DNA from: Balanoglossus misakiensis
Lineage: Eukaryota; Animalia; Hemichordata
Assembly: GCA_040954595.2 (NCBI GenBank)
Contig: CM082595.2
Location: 6,560,093 to 6,624,092, forward strand
DNA length: 64,000 nucleotides
Direction: 5' to 3'
In this document: positions 12,801 to 26,800 of the stretch, piece after piece
How positions within the stretch are numbered: the stretch's first letter is position 1
How the letters are laid out: the number at the start of each line of letters is the position of its first letter
Notes under the pieces: model-generated
The model's database searches: none
The model's input: the letters and a program-made list of their open reading frames with translations, nothing else
What the model was told of the DNA's origin: nothing
Program-made: the position numbers and the translations under genes

Positions 12801-15800
12801 TGCTGGTAAATTTATTTATAACAATATTGGAAATTTAAAATGCCTGCCAAGCTGAGTGAAAATACAGTTGTACTAAATTGTTGATTTTTATGAAAACATC
12901 CATTACATGTAGTTCTTTTCATGATTGCTGACAGTGTAAAAGGATGTTTTTCTGGAGTCTGTTTGTTGGTCACGTTTTCCTAATGATGAGCTCCCTCTGG
13001 GAATTAGCTTTATTGACATTTTAAAGATTTCAGTGCATAGCTTTTAAGGAGAATGTACATAATGTTATCTTTTCATGTTTCTACCAGTAATTGTGCTCTT
13101 TTTATGTTGTAGCATGTTGGTTATAGTTCTGATCGTTGTGCCTATACAATGTACAGCCATCACAAAGATTTGTTAATCAGATACAGTACTCATCTTCCTG
13201 CCAGCAGCAGCTTCTATCCCCATTGTCTGTAGTGTCATCTTCCACTCTTGCTGATGAAACAATAGGGTGAAACCACTGTGTAGAGACAAGAGGGATGGTC
13301 AGGCCAAATATCTATGTAATTCTTTCTGTAGATAATGCTGTGTAAAACGCAAATGGCTGTCTTAATGAAAAGAATGGCAATTTCAAAATACTTTTAAATT
13401 TTGTAAATAAACAATGGGGATACTTTTTTAGTTACAAGGACAGAATAATTATTTACCAGACAATTTAAACATAGACACTACAATATTGTTTATGATTTAC
13501 ATGATGAATTTGATCAGCCTTTCCATTGTCGCCTCAGTTTTCCAGAGCACCCCTTTAGATAATGGACTTGCCTTTCCTGGAGGGGTTACGGATACTCTGG
13601 AAATTGCAGAATTCAAAACAGTTTCCCGTATAATTCCAGGCAAATTTGCCACTGTATGCTTCGCGGGCAGAGAGCTTTGAACAGTTGTGGATAAAACATA
13701 TAGTGCCCGGTGTACGGTATCAACGGAATACTGAATGCACTTATCCGGGATTTGAAGGATTCCTGATGGAGATGGATGCTGCCCACTAATTTCCTCATAG
13801 CTGTCTCACTCCTCGGTAACCAAGGAAAATTAATTGAAGGTACATGTATTTCAGCCATTGATTGATGGAGTGCTTTTAATAGTTTTTCATAAATTCTATA
13901 CTGAACAGATGAGATCTGATGTGAGCACTCTCAGCTCATGTATCCATTGGATCATTTTGCTGTCAGATATGGGGAAAAAATCCAATTCTTGTTCGGGAGG
14001 ATGGTTGATCCGAAATTGATGCTGAAACTGTGATGCCATATTAAACCACAATTTAATTCTAGCGACCAAAAACATGAAAATATTATTTATTATTTTTAAT
14101 TCACAGTTTTCGTACTTGCCATACATGTACACATATCAAAATCTAAATTTCTGCTTCTACTGGAAATGACGCGTTTTCTGTATAATTCTGTTCCATGGTA
14201 ATGTTGGATAACGTACTAGTAATAGGCATGGATTTGCAGACATTATCTTTTCTGAATGGGTCAAGGTAGTGAGCTTCATTGCCGTAGGAATAATGTAATT
14301 ATGGTTAAGAGTAATATACCCTTCAGCCAATCATTAAAATGGAAGCAGCTGCAATATTCAATTTTGTGTGTTTGGTGATAGTTCCATTCAGTGTAATATA
14401 CTTGTGCCTCGTATTCTTTTTCTGAAAACCTGTTAAAATGTACTGTTTTCTCCTGATGTTTTTTATTTTTCTGTAATTGTACAAGTCCAAACTTCAGTTC
14501 AGTTGACACCAATAACAGTTTGTACCTGGTATACCTAACATGATGAACACCGAACATGTTCAACATCTGCAAAAATACTGAAAAAGTTATCAAGAGAGAC
14601 AGCCAGTATTTGATACAAATACATAAATTACCCTTAATGTTGCAGGAGTCCAACCATCTTGAACTGTGAAAATAAATCCAAATTCATGATATCTCATGCT
14701 GTGATCAACACCACAGCTCAGAAAAAGGAGGAAAATGATCCTGTCCGGATTGTGTGTACCTCAGATGGTGCATGCTGTTTCTGTTATTTGGAGTGTGGCG
14801 GTCCATTTGAGTGATACCGGTATGCGGTAATTGTTCAATTGTTGGATAAAAATCTCTCTATTCTCGCGATCCCTCTTCCTGTTCATTGTAGAGTGAGTCA
14901 TTTCAGTCTCAATGCAACCAGGCAGCACCCGTGGGAGAAATAAAACTCAGCTTTTGTGTTGGAAATTGGTTTTGTCACATTTGTGATGTGAGTAGCTGTT
15001 GCTAAAGATAAGTGTTTCTTTAAATATTTACATGCACGATGCATTTCATAAAATCGAGAATGGTGTTCTGCTGTGCATGCTCTATGTAAAGAAAGTTGCT
15101 TTGGATGCTGACAATTTTGGCTGGTTCCTGATAATTTTACCCAAATCGTTAGTATTAAGGTTTTATCAATTATTGATGGAGAGAGATTTGATCGAATATG
15201 TGAGAAAACTTCACAACATGAAAATCATGAAACAAAGCAGTAACTTGCGAATTTCATTTTTTCTTCAAAATACTGCAGTAAAGCCTTCAGAATTTTCAAC
15301 AGAAACAAAACTGTGTAATTCAGCTCAGAAGACAGATTTCTCTTTTGTAGATCACGGTGAAATAAACAGCCTGCCTCATCAAGGTTATATAACTTACACT
15401 TGTTCAGTGAAATTGCCACATTCTGCTTTTTTTCAAAAGGTTGAACTCAAGTGGTGTTTGTTATAATGTATTCAATAACCTTGGTGTTAAGGGTTGGACA
15501 CCCTGAACACAATCACTTCATCAGTGCCAACAAATAGATATGATGAGACATCAAACATCCTATACATGTGCAGAGAAAATTATCTTGTATTCATGTTTAT
15601 ATTGCACAGTTCTTGATTTATAACAACCCCGGCAGTAGCTCACATGTAAAATGGTGAATTTGTCAGTAATCTGTGCGTGAGCACTTAAGTTATGTAAATG
15701 ATGCCTTCCAGGTAGCTACATACATACTCTACAATGTTTCTAAACTGTTCTTTAAGGCATGTGTATTTCAATAGCTTTTCTAAATTAATCATGTTGTCAA

Positions 15801-17112
15801 AGTACTTTTGATTTTTAAACCGCATTGGCCAAAAAATCAAACATGTGCAAAAGAGTAATTCAGTCTCTGAGGCTTATAACTGTTAACAGCTGTGTAGTTT
15901 TAATTTGTCACTATATGTAACATACATGTACATATATACCATAAACAAAACCTGCCACATTGTCAACAACCATGTCTATGTTCGTGGTTATCTTGTTTAT
16001 CAGAAACAACTAGGTTCAAGAGTTTCAGGAACATTTTTGCTGGATAGGCAGTTCAGTGCAAACTGTGAAAATATTTATCTAGTCAATGCAATTGATTTTA
16101 TGATAAGACGCGTACAAAATGGGAACTGTCTCAACATCGCACATCTCTCCAGAAATCCATGAATCCGAAGTCAACCATCTATTAATCTTCTTTTCTATTC
16201 ACACTTTTGATAATCCAAAAGTAAGATGGAAGGGTTTTACCACACACATGGGATGCAGCTTTTGCCGGCAGTGTTCCAAACAATGCTGCATGTAAAAATA
16301 GCTTGATGTTGCTCTCTTTGGATTAATACTCAGGTTGTCTTGGATAATTTCAAATCCTCAAAGTTTTAATATTTTAAGTTTTTTCTCTTTGAGCAATCCC
16401 AGTCGCATTATGTGGTGCAGGAAATGACAAGCAGATGCTTTTGGTGCATAAATAATTTGCAGGTGTCTAGTCCCTCCTGCTAGAGGCTAAATGGGACAGC
16501 TGTGTCATGCACTGGTTGCTGTATAAATGGCAGAGATTTCAACCGATCTATCAAGAGGTGGACTATTTACAATCTATGCTGAGACAACTCCATTTCTATG
16601 GCATTAATCCAGTCAGTAGCAAACAATCCAACTTGATCTTTCATTTTACTTCAAATTTGTCATAGTCTAGCATAGCTCAAATCTTGGTCGAGTCTCGCAG
16701 ATAATTTGTGTCCATTCCAGTCTGACTGTTAACACCCTAGTTCCAACATGGTTAGTAACCGTGGACCTGATAAAAACTTAAAGATCACATTCATTTTTAC
16801 AGGCTAAAAAATCTCCAATCAAATTTTTCGCACCTAATTTCTTTGTGCTCTGCACCATCTGAAATGAGGTCCTGATTAAGAAATGAATTGTAGCCATTGC
16901 ATTAATAGAGGGCGCTCATCCAGTTGTCTCCATGACAATCACCATCCTCTCACAAAGTATTGTAATGTACTTGGCTGCAGCAAATGAGAGATTGGTGGTA
17001 CATTCGACAAACTGAACACAGCTCCTCATGAGTGCACGTTTCAGTTGTCCTGTCCAACTGCCACTGGCATTAGATGAGATCAAGTGTCGATGTATCTGTG
17101 TCAGTCATTTAA

Positions 17113-17338
17113 AGGGAAAAACCATATTAGGATTTGCAAAACATTCTGAATTTGTAGATAAAATGGGGGATAACTCAAAATGAAAAATCTTATTTTCCTG
17201 ATTTTGTACACTAGTGAATTTAAGGAAACAAAAATAAAGAGTAAACATGGTGTTCCCAACCTACTTTATTTTAGTTAAGGGTCTTGAATAAGAGGAAACA
17301 ATAAATATAATTCCATCAAAGGTCAGGGCTGTTTCCCT
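17113..17338. mobile_element. Older TTAA-flanked MITE (AGGG...CCCT ends)
   Basis: TTAA|AGGGAAAAACC...GGCTGTTTCCCT|TAAA, imperfect TIR; single copy. Confidence 0.5.
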
Positions 17339-18137
17339 TAAAGTAATAAACTAATATTATATTCTAATATTGTTCCTATTCATCTTCGCAAGTTAAAACA
17401 TTCTGTTGGCACATTAATACATGTATACCAATAATTAGCAAAAACATGGCAAAAGAGTCTTGCACACATGAATTCATGTCAGTTCACAGGACCTCGATGT
17501 TATTACATATGAATCATGGACAGGTGAGAAACAATTGAGGGTACAGACAGATTAATTCTCCGGAATTAATGAATCTCTGAATGAAATTGCCCAAGGCCAT
17601 GCTTGCGACAGACTATAATTAGTGAATGTACAGGTACAGTAGACATGATGGTTGTAACAGTTGTCAACATTCAATACAAATGAACTGAATGAATAATGCA
17701 AGTTCCTACAATACACTAATCTTTTCCGTTAGAATTTTGCAGAATTCATGGTGAGATAATGTCATTTTATGGAGAGCAGTTCCGCTAAATTTAGACACAC
17801 AGCTGTGTATATCGCTCCTGGATGACATTTCTGAGTGTCGTTTGGTTTAAATGGCTTCCCAAGAGATGATCTTTTCCATCAGATTCTGATTCAAGTTACT
17901 TCTAAGTATTCCCAATTCCCTGTGCAATTTGCCAGCTTTCTTCTTTTTCCAGGTATTAAACAAGACTAGATGTCACATAAGGGAATTGCTAATAAGTTAG
18001 TCGACGAGACATTTTATCTCCCATTTGGTTTATGTTATAAACCAGAGGGAGGTTATGGGATCTCTCTGCATCCATCTACGGTACTTGTCTGTGTGTCTGT
18101 TTGTTTGTTTGTACCGAGTATAGTGTACCAGTATACA

Positions 18138-18509
18138 ATGTATGTATGTATGTATGTATGTATGTATGTATGTATGTATGTATGTATGTATGTATGTATG
18201 TATGTATGTATGTATGTATGTATGTATGTATGTATGTATGTATGTATGTATGTATGTATGTATGTATGTATGTATGTATGTATGTATGTATGTATGTATG
18301 TATGTATGTATGTATGTATGTATGTATGTATGTATGTATGTATGTATGTATGTATGTATGTATGTATGTACCGTGTATGTATGTATGTATGTATGTATGT
18401 ATGTATGTATGTATGTATGTATGTATGTATGTATGTATGTATGTATGTATGTATGTATGTATGTATGTATGTATGTATGTATGTATGTATGTATGTATGT
18501 ATGTATGTA
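18138..18509. repeat. (TATG)n microsatellite, ~370 bp, one CCGTG interruption at 18371-18375
   Basis: Directly visible; explains the MYVC/HTYI ORFs. Confidence 0.99.
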
Positions 18510-21500
18510 CATACATATGCTGAGGTGTATGTATGTACTGGTACATTGCAAAAACTTGAATATTCTTCATGTGATGGGCAGTAGAGGTGTAATGTGAAGT
18601 AAATGACTGCTGTCTTCCGCAGACTATTACGATTTTATGGCCAGGCTCGTTATTTCGCTCGAACTAGCTTGACAGGTTGGTTAAGTGTTTGAAGGGAACT
18701 AATAAGAATTGAATGACAGGGCTAGAAGAGCATTAGGGATGAGCTAAGGACTGTTTGGGGTATCCTTTAGCCCCTGATAAGACGTCAAAGCAGTGAAGGC
18801 TCTTCAACAAACCATGCATAAATTATGAATATGGTAGCTGCTTTTAACCTCTATTGAATGTTTGGTTTCACGGTTATACTGGGGTACATGTACTTGAAAA
18901 TGTTCATGTTGACTGTAAACATGGAAAAGAAATTGTACATGCATGCGGACACTGGTTTTAAAGCTTGGGGATGTTGATTTCCGACAAAGATAATATTAGA
19001 TAATATTTTGGTAAAGGGAATGGCATTAATTTTATTAGTTATAAAAGTATCGTATTTGTGATAAACACGGGTTTTGTGAATACATGTAGCTGTAAATAAC
19101 GATGATCTTGCAAGAGGTTAGCTAATACCCCTTGGCTATAACCTGTATTATTTAATTAAGTAGGCAAATTCTCTCTTGTTGGTAAAGTGTTATTGAAATC
19201 AATTAGTGTATAATGAACATAAAAATTATCGTATGATTCTCCTTTGTCAATATAACTAGGGCAGATGGAAGTAGAAAAATGGATTACTACGGGAAACAAA
19301 TGTGCTTCAGGTGATGTTTGCAAAAGTAAATTCTGTATATTTCCTGCCCATTAAGTGTATGTGGTGTCAGATTTTAATAGGCAGATGATCCGATTTACTT
19401 TATAAAATTCTCTTTTTATGCAGACACGACTTTGCACGATTTTAGACTAATGCCTGCCAGTAAGGTTCAACATTATCCTTTAATGGCTTTCAGGGCAGAA
19501 AAGCTCAGTTTATTGTCAAAAAGGTGTAATTTAATGACCAAAGATGCATCATTGGGTATCCCCTTTAGTATAGTGCATATGTCTGTATCTCTGTCTGTCT
19601 GTTCGTCTGTCAGTCTGTCAGTCTATCTGTCTGTCTGTATGTGTGTGTACATGTATGTACATGTATGTAGTGACGTCTATATTATAGTATAATTTCCCCA
19701 TCTGGTATTTGAAATGCCGTGGCCAATTTTAAATTGCATACGTTGTTTGATGAGAATGAGAGGTGAAATATTTACGCTAGTATCGATGTTGCGTGTGCTA
19801 ATTTCTTCTTAAAAGGTTGGAGGTGGTTGAGAAAATCTGTTCCAAATTATGTGCTTGTTCCAAATGTTATGTGGCAAAAACTCCTGATAGTAACATGAAG
19901 TTTTGAATAGGCAACGGATGGGCCACAGGCGCTTGCAAACTTTCTCTGTGTCATCTGTACTTTAGCAGTTGGACTTATGCTTTCGTTGATAAATTATGTA
20001 CATACCAGATGAAATTAACTTATAATACATGTTGTACTATTTTTATATAACCATGCAAAAGCCTGCAGGGACATGCAATACTGTGCCAATAATTACTTTG
20101 TGCTTTCAGCAGTGCTCAGCTCATGCATTAATAATTATACACAATGTACAAAAGTTAAATTTATACCATCAGCTTTGTATTATACCCGGTATACACCAGA
20201 TAAATCATATCAGCCATTTTAGAGATCCAAACTTTAGAATGATCAGACTTTAATGTAGTCCTGCATTTTCTCAGTTCTATCAATCTTCAGTCCCTTACGC
20301 AATTAAACACTTGATCTGTGACTTTTTAATCTTTCATTATCCAGTGAATGAATCTGTAAAAACACAACAACAGAATTTTGTGTTTGCGCTTATCCCACCT
20401 GTTAGGCAATGAATTGGCATCCAGCGAGATGGAATTTCAATTGCTAGTTGAAAAATTAACTTGAAATAATCTCACTTGTGGCCACATGTTGTGTTGTCTA
20501 AACTATCTGGGGAGATATATTTTTTTCTGTTCTTGCCTAAACTGTCTCCAAGGAAGCATTTGTGATGTCAAGTATAACGCTTAGATCCCGCGAGAGAATT
20601 CTTCACTGCACAGTGAAAATGTAAAATGTGAATGGTGGCCATTTAATCACACAGCCAATTAGAATGTTTAAATATTAAAATGTGGCCAAGTGTCATCATT
20701 TATCATCAGTAATCGACTTCTTTCACTGCACCGTGTTTAACTTTCATACACTGTATTACATAATGAAAAATATTATGAAGTATTATAATAGTGATCACTT
20801 CCTTTTTATAATAAAATGACTGTATATTCAGCTTTCTACCAAATAACAATAACATGGCACACTTAATAATAATTTGCACCAGTTAAATTATCTCTTTTTA
20901 AATTCCTTCATCTCAAGCAAGATCAGAATTGAGATGAAAAGGCATATTTTAATACGTGATTTTGAATATCGTAATCAATTACCACGTTTTTAAAGGAAAA
21001 ACACTGCCACGTAAATGTAGGTTTTTGTGCTCGCAACTGATCAACAGTAGCATTTACATGATAACAGTAGAAAATCGTGAAGGCATGATTAGCTGGAGAG
21101 TGACTTGACATGCAAAGTATTTTTTTGTGATTTATGAAGGTAATTAATTCTTAGATTTGTAGTCGTTAAATGGCGACTAGAGTCAGGATGCTGAGTTCAA
21201 TGTAATTTGTATACGTACTTGATAGTGCAGGTATAATTTACTCGGCTGTAGTCAAAGTAGATCAGATTGGGTTTTTTATCACTCTTACGAGAAATAGGAC
21301 TAGCTGAATACATCAAATGAGGGCATTGACTGAATCATTTCTGATTTTCAACATTGTACCGGTTTTCTGGGGGATGAACGGTACATGTTCATCAGTTGCC
21401 TAGCAACAGAGAGGCCAAGAAGGAACGTCTTGAAGGTCATTTTAAGGTCGCACTGAATTTCTGAGCTTGTTAGCGTGATTTACGAGAGGGACGTTACGAG

Positions 21501-21731
21501 CTGAGCTGAATGTCACCTAGTGCACAATGTATGTATACAAAGGCTTCTTGCGTCGGCTGTCTCCCTGACAGGAATTTCTGAACTTGCTCGGTGGTCTGTT
21601 GAAGAGACAGCGTCTCTGTGCTCTTCTGACAGCCGCGCGAGGAGGGGAAAGCGTTTAGTCAGTACTGACAAAATAGTCTCCGTTCACTTTTGTGTGTGGG
21701 GATTAACGTCTCCGGAACATCACGGCTGGAA

Positions 21732-21764
21732 ATGACGGATGTTACAGAGAAAGATTCGGAGAAG
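21732..21764 (+). CDS. Candidate alternative first coding exon of the ECE-like gene (MTDVTEKDSEK)
   Basis: ATG at 21732, 11 codons, then a strong donor AAG|GTAAGG at 21765. Phase 0, so in frame with the acceptor at 23593. Preceded by a CpG-richer stretch (~21480-21730). No transcript evidence. Confidence 0.55.
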
Positions 21765-23592
21765 GTAAGGTTTGGATTGTCAGTCTCGTCTGTCGGTGCT
21801 TTCAGAATATCACACTGGGAGAGTGTTTGTGACTTAGATCACATCATTTGCTTGTGCAGGGATTTGACAGTGATGTCTAAACCACAAATACAATGTGACT
21901 CAGATTGATAGCACAGTCCTGTGTGTTCAGAAGAGTTGTCTGTATATAGTCCTACATGTATGGAATTACATTTACCCAGTATTATTGTTTGGTGGCCTGT
22001 GTGATTCACAGAGATCTTACCTTAAATTTCTGTGTCATTTAAATGGCATGTATTAATGCCCCAGTATATCAGCAGTGATATTTACACCAAGCCAAGTGCT
22101 CTGCTGTCGTTAAACTATTTTCTGCAGGATCATACTACTATTTACGGAAAGCATCACCAAAATTTCATTTCTTTAATAAACATCTGTCCCCATTGCAAGG
22201 GATGTATTACCTTAAATTTAAATAAATATAATGTATAAAAGCTTGTGAGGGTTGCTGTTTGTATGCTGGACAACAGCACTAACATTCTAAAACCACAAAA
22301 AGGATAAACCAGATCATCACGATGCTACTTAAAGAATATATGATGCTAGAAACAAAGATACCGGTAATACATGTAAAGTTGAAGTCAGCCCATAAATGTG
22401 TCAACACTAGTTTCCTTAGCCCATTCAGTCAGAAATTGGTTTACTGGTGTGTATGTGAGTGATGTTGTCTGTCGTTTTAAGCTAAACAGAATTTACTGCC
22501 GACAGTATAGAAATTGTAGGGTAGTACATCACTGCACTCGTGCCACAACTATAAAGTTTGTTGTTATGTTTCAACCATGAGTGAGTCGTAAAATTATGGT
22601 CCATGCGTGTAATCCCTGGCACTTGGTGTTTTTATCATTGTGGGGCTGTTATCCGTATTCCCAATAAAGTTTAACGTTTTTATTCTGTTGTTCTGTGAGA
22701 TCAGTGTGTAATACATAATATATGAAAAGCGTTTCAATCAGGTTTGCCTGTATTGTGTAAAGGAAGTTTGACTTCCCTAATTTGTGTGGTCACTGAGAAA
22801 GATTGTCAATGTTAATCAATTTCAAGTTTACATGATTTCAGTCGATGGCCTTCACTGTTCAAAATTCAGTCAAAAATGAAAAAATAAGACTTTACTTATG
22901 TGATATATCCTTAAAGGTCTGCTTTGAGGAGGGAATTTAATCATCTTGCGGTGCTCTTTCTGTGTAAGTGTTGAGATTGCCTTGAAACCAGTTAACAACA
23001 TATGTTTCTGACACACACCTATCCCCGTGCACAATGACATTCAGTCTGCTATTTCAGATGCACACAAGAACGCCATGATTCACAGATGAATGACGGTCAT
23101 TAACAGGCTTCACGGTCCTCTTGAGTGAGACGATCGAGAAATCGATCCGTTGGAAATGGGATTTCTATACACCTTTCCGCAATATGAAATAAAAATAGCA
23201 GTCGATAAAAAACGGTATATTACAAATCTCCAATCAGCAGCTGTCAATCAATGTATCCCAGTGTTAAACCCTTACATTGTATACAACATGTTTCGCTGTA
23301 AAAAAAAAACCTAAAATAGCATAAATTGAGAGAAAGATGATTTTGCAAAATAATGTGATGTATTTGGGCAACCAGGGATGCACTCTGTACTCACAAGGGA
23401 ATGTTTACCACGAAAAAGAACTTAATTTTTCCGAGAATTTCCGCATACATTAGAAGATGCTATTAGAGCATATGGTTTATTAGTTTGGCCTGTTATCAAA
23501 TCTCCAAGCTGTCTCAGAGAAGTGTCAGTTAGCAACACATCAGTCCAGATCTTCTCGCCGATCATCTCCTCTCCTGTGATTACTTCGAACAG

Positions 23593-23836
23593 ATGACAAA
23601 ATATGAACGCACAACATTCGAGGACGGCGACACGGACGCGGACGCGGGCAGCACGGCCAGCCTGGAGCACACCCAGCCGGACGTCACGTTCCGGTCGCCG
23701 CAGCCGAAGCCCAAGACGCTGCTGTCCATGTGGAACGACTTCTCCCTGTTGGAGCGCATACTCTGTGTGTGTACCGTGCTGCTTCTCCTTACCGTACTGG
23801 TGCTCGTTTTAGTCATCGCAAATAATAAAAGAACAA
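23593..23836 (+). CDS. ECE-like exon 1: cytosolic tail and signal-anchor TM helix
   Basis: cag|ATG; [11 protein letters not shown]...[28 protein letters not shown]; donor A|gtaagt, phase 1. Confidence 0.88.
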
Positions 23837-26800
23837 GTAAGTGATTCTACCATATCTTCAAAAACGTACCTCATACTCGCTCTGATTAAATATGATTTTA
23901 TACTTGTTTTTACATTTTTTTGTTTTATTTTTCATGATGTGCACAAAATAGTGATTAAAGAAGCAAAGTCGCCCACTTTTGATATATTGGTTTACCTGTA
24001 GTTTCTTCTGATAAATTGTCTATTTGGTTCTGCCCACTGAAATATTCTCAACCACCAGTTGTTACAACTTAAAGGGACAAAGTCTCTCTCTCGCTGCCCT
24101 TTTTTCCATTAATTATATTTGATACAAGACACTGTTTGTTATTCTACATGTGGATATATAGTGAATGAACGTTCAACCACACACAACTTCCATCCCTCTT
24201 ATAGACAGGAGAGTGAAAAAACTCGCCAAAATGAATAATCGTTCTTTTATTTTATTTTATTTATTTTGGGCGAGTTTTTACTCTCATATCATACAAGTGG
24301 GATGGAAGTTTTGTGTGGTTGATCATTGATTCACTATATATCCACATTTACATTGACATGACCAGTGTCTTGTATCAAACATAATTAATGGAAAAGGGGC
24401 AGCTGGAGAGAGACTTTGTCCCTTTAATTCAAATCTTGTATGTGGATATATGATGACGAAAACTATTACAATTCAACTGTCATGTGCATTATGAACAAGG
24501 ACAAATGAGACTTGAGGATGTGCGACAACCAGTCATTAAGCATGTCCCAGTGAAAACAACATTATTAATAATCTATTTAAAGACACACACACGAAAATGT
24601 CAGAAGTGAGTGACTTAATTTGTCTGATTAACGCTTATGTTCAAAAATACCTCAGATGTGTTGGACTATACATGTAGAATGTATACTTGCAAGTACCGTT
24701 TAAATTTATTAAAAGATTGCCAAGCTTAAAGGTATACGGTCACCTATGGAAAATTAGCTATAGTTACCATGGCAAATTGAGATCAAGCCAATCACACATT
24801 TTCAGTGGGTGGCACACGCGAAAAAAAGAGCGCCATCATATGTTCTTTAGAACGCTCAAATACTCTATTTCAGCCATATATGGGTGTATGTAAATTGGAG
24901 GTGACTGTATACCTTTAATGTCCGTCTTTGAAGTAAAACCCTTTTGCATTTTGAAAAGCATGACTTGCGAGGTTGTAATTGACCGCCGAAGGCTATACCC
25001 GTACCGGCCTGTGTTCACGACGTACAATTGTCCTCTCCCCGACTTAAGTAGCTGTGAAGTCCATGTAATTGCAGGAAATACGCACATATGTACAAATTGC
25101 ACCTGTGTCGTGATTGAGGAGTTTGATTCGTGATTCAAGACAGTGTTGGGCGGATCCCTGCAGGCAGGTACATGCGACTCTGCCAGTGTGGGATTGATCA
25201 GCCAACGACTTCAAGACAGACCTTCATTTCCTGACTAAAATGTCAACTGTCATCCAAATGCTCCCTCATTTAGACTCGCGATCAGTGCTTGTGTTCGATC
25301 TGAACAGCAGTGTTAACTTACCAAGTGAATGGAATTTTATCTTCTAAGCCTTGTTTGACAATGACGTACAACAAGGGGTCGAGATAGAAATAAATTGTGA
25401 TATTTTCAGTTCACACGTGTCATAAATGAATATTCATGAATTTTTGTCAGTTTCTAATATTGTACTAGTACATTTTAGTCATCATTAAAGCCCTGGTAAT
25501 TCTAACTTTCAGCTATTGTTTTTTTCAGTATTTTTCTCCCTTGTATCAACTCTTGTTTCTTGTTCTATTCTGTATAACTTTATGTGAGATTATGTCTTAA
25601 GCATCTCAACAAAGTCTGTATATGACAAACCGCCATTGTTATTGCTGACAAATGAATTCCAGTCTGGCCTTAAATTCAGTTGTCAACAATCACAGTACTG
25701 ATTACTATGAAAGGGCTGTGTTTAAAATTTGTTTTTAAAACAAATACAGGGCAATTATTGTTGTATTACACAGTAGAATGAGAAACCACAGTTGATACCA
25801 AACCAAAAATATTAGAAAAAATAGCTCAAAGTTTGACTTATTGGGGCTTTAATGAGTTTCCATCTGAATATTTTACATGAAATTTCTTCAATATGTGTGA
25901 CTTTCTTTCATTACAATGTAGATTACTGTTTGACTCCAGCCTGTATAACTGTAGCAAGTAGTATTCTGAGTTCCATGGATACCACAGTTGATCCCTGCCA
26001 AGATTTCTTCCAGTACTCGTGCGGAGGATGGATAAAAACACACCCCATTCCGGACGGCAGTTCTCGGTGGAATACTTTCGGCGTTCTGTGGCAGGAAAAC
26101 CAGCTGGTGATGAAAAATGCGTTAGGTGAGGAGGAATGTTCTGGTGTGGTATTCTGACATGAAGTTGTCACTGAAAATTTTAAGGGACAAAGTCTCTCTC
26201 TCTCTCGCTGCCCTTTTTCCATTAATTATGTTTGACACAAGACATCTTTTATGTTATTCGACATGTGTTTATATAGTGAATGAACGTTCACCGACACACA
26301 ACTTCCATCCCGTTTGTAGGATATGCGAGTAAAAATCGTGCCAAAATGAATAAATGGTAGAGACCGCGATTATTCATTTTGGTTAGTTTTTCCAATTTTG
26401 TGTCTACAAGTGGGATGGAAGTTGTGTGTGGTCGAATGTTTGTTTCACTATATATCCACATGTAGAATAACACAAATGGTGTCTTGTATCAAACTTAATT
26501 AATGGGAAAAGGGCAGCCAGAGAGAGACTTTGTCCCTTTAAGGGCAGCGTTTTGTTGCTTCCCATTGCAGATGCAGTAACAAGGCAGGTTGGTTGGTCCC
26601 AATAGGAAAATGGGGAAAAGGGAACAATTCATTCGGCAAAATGTTAATTGATTTCACAATGAACGACATAGCTTTAACCCTTTCACCCCCAGTTTTCTCT
26701 ATAGATGTCTAACTTTACTATTGAAAACAATTGATTAGGACCAAACCATGGTGGTGAGAGGGTTAAAGTACATGTAAATACTGTAAAACACTTTATTTTC

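Noticed and set aside
14276-15466. 125-aa (-) and 155-aa (+) ORFs
   Set aside because: Non-ATG starts, AT-rich non-coding composition, no recognisable domain.
17970-18597. 140-204 aa ORFs on both strands (MYVC / HTYI repeats)
   Set aside because: Translation artefacts of the (TATG)n microsatellite.
2800-21400. Upstream methyltransferase exons, as in the vertebrate EEF1AKMT4-ECE2 readthrough
   Set aside because: No SAM-binding motif or splice-bounded coding exons were recognised; small exons could have been missed by eye.
25075-25133. Possible alternative exon ttgcag|...[12 protein letters not shown] resembling the YCLTPACI cysteine motif
   Set aside because: In-frame TGA at 25131-25133 and no convincing donor; the resemblance is limited to C-x4-C.
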